A stretch of DNA of 64,000 bases. It comes from Lophium mytilinum (taxonomy: Eukaryota). The stretch is taken from assembly GCA_010093605.1 (NCBI GenBank), contig MU004195.1, forward strand, positions 930,001-994,000. Reading direction: 5' to 3'. The translations under genes were made by a program, and so were the position numbers. This document shows, in pieces, positions 62,701 through 64,000 of the stretch; the first letter of the stretch is position 1; each line of letters opens with the position of its first letter. The notes beneath the pieces are model-generated. The model was given only the letters and a program-made list of their open reading frames with translations, was not told the DNA's origin and searched no databases.

Positions 62701-64000
62701 TTATTAAAGATATAGCTATAGTTACCTTAGTTAGTAGTATTATCTTATTAAGAGCGCGCTTTAGGCTATTATTATATAGCTTACTAGTACTTCTTCTTAT
62801 ACTCTATACCTTAGGCGCGGAAGATATTACGCTACTATTAGTATTAATTATAGTAAAAGGTAACTTTTACTACTTTAGTAGTAAGGCCTTTAATCTTAAT
62901 ATAAAGCTTAGTATTAAAAATAGTCTAAGTATTAGTCTTCTTACGCTTATCTTCTAGCTGCTTAGTAAGACTATTGCGTTTATTAGTAAAGTTCTTAGCG
63001 TTAGTATATATTTTAGCTACTTAGCGGCGGAGCTTACTAGCTTAGTCTTTAAGGTTATAGATTATAATACTATTCTACGCGCCTTATTATTCTTAAAGCT
63101 ATATAATTTTATTATCTTTCTATTAAATAGCTGCCGCTATATTTCTAATATCTTTATGCAACTTATCTAGTTCCTTATAGTAGTTAAGTAGTGTAGCGTA
63201 AATACTAATATATTTATCTTAAGCTACATTATAGAGCTCTTCTACGTTATTAATAGTAATATTAATAGACTAGCCGTCTCTAGTATAGTTAATAGTAAAG
63301 ACTATACTATTATTATTATTATCTATAAGAAGGGACTATTAATAATTAGGCTTATAACCGCTAGTTCTAGTAGAGCTAGCGCCTGTGTTAGCTATATTAG
63401 GCTAGCCTTAAGAGAGTAGATTAGAGTAGGTATTTAGAATTATAATAGTATTAGTAGTAGAAGTAATAATCTAGTCTTCTAAGGTAATTAGTATTTAAGA
63501 GAAGACTAAGGTTATTAGGTTAATAAGGGGTTTAGTAAATTAAACGGCTTAAGGTATAGATATCTTAGTAAATAACTTAAAAACTTCTTTGCCTTTAGCT
63601 TTAACTTTACTTTTATCCTTATTTGCGTAGGCGTTATTATTAGTATTCTACTTAGTAGAGTTAGCTAGGTTATAATAGACTTAGCTCTATAGTAGGTTAG
63701 TGCTAAATTAATTTAATAGAAGGTAAATATCTAGTTCTAGATTACTAAATTTCTTAGTATGTATAGTAAGAGCTTCTAGGGTTATAGTTAGTTAGTATTA
63801 TAATACTCCTCCGCCGCCTATTTTATAGGCGGCTTTCTTTTCTTAGTAATTAAGCTTATGCGCCTTCTAAGAGTTAGATATAAGAGTAGATTAAGTAGCT
63901 TATAAATTAGAAGGGAGGGTAGAAGTATAAGTAAGAATAACTAAATACTTATTAGCTTTACCGCCGGAAGGTAAACCTATAGACTGCGCGCTTAGTATAG
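56541..64000 (-). mobile_element. RIP-degenerated Ty3/Gypsy chromovirus (gag-PR-RT-RNaseH-IN-chromodomain); 5' LTR not seen in the window
   Basis: Minus-strand relics: RT YIDNILIFS (YxDD, about 59990-60015) and GLF..VL.FGL.NA (about 60085-60125); RNase H NYAIY.KELLAIVLAFKD*RPEL (about 59380-59450); integrase IS.DFI..LP (about 58350-58380) and KGP*KV (about 57860); chromodomain YLVT*...P.* (about 57320-57365); gag knuckle (about 61770-61815). The stretch 62800-64000 is unresolved and could belong to another element. Confidence 0.85.

Larger units (their letters stand above)
54256..64000. other. AT-rich RIP (repeat-induced point mutation) compartment
   Basis: Abrupt drop in GC, very high TpA, near absence of CpA/TpG, stop codons in all frames and almost no ORFs. 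Confidence 0.93.

Overview
Eukaryotic, intron-containing DNA from a filamentous ascomycete (Pezizomycotina-type GT-AG introns with CTRAC branch points, plus a RIP-mutated transposon block). Bases 1-54250 are a gene-dense, GC-balanced region. It holds mitochondrial citrate synthase next to a Yhm2-type carrier, an LtrA-family membrane protein, a spliced ENTH-UIM-WW-Ser/Thr kinase chimera, a Na+/H+ antiporter, a delta-12 desaturase, a DUF7730-like protein, a PARP6/8-like ADP-ribosyltransferase, a CaaX-terminated protein, a thioesterase, Trs120, a sacsin-type GHKL-ATPase/HEXXH protein, a tRNA-like gene, an APH-family protein, a pectin lyase and a BTB-like protein. From about 54256 to the end the sequence is AT-rich and heavily RIPed: a Copia relic interrupted by a Ty3/Gypsy chromovirus. 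The most unusual feature is at 11690-13012. There, about 18 G-rich repeats (ATGG...GATCAA) are separated by 17 unique spacers of strictly 20-22 nt. A degenerate inverted copy faces this array, and TATAAAA boxes point inward from both ends. All protein calls come from motif recognition by eye; no database search was run.
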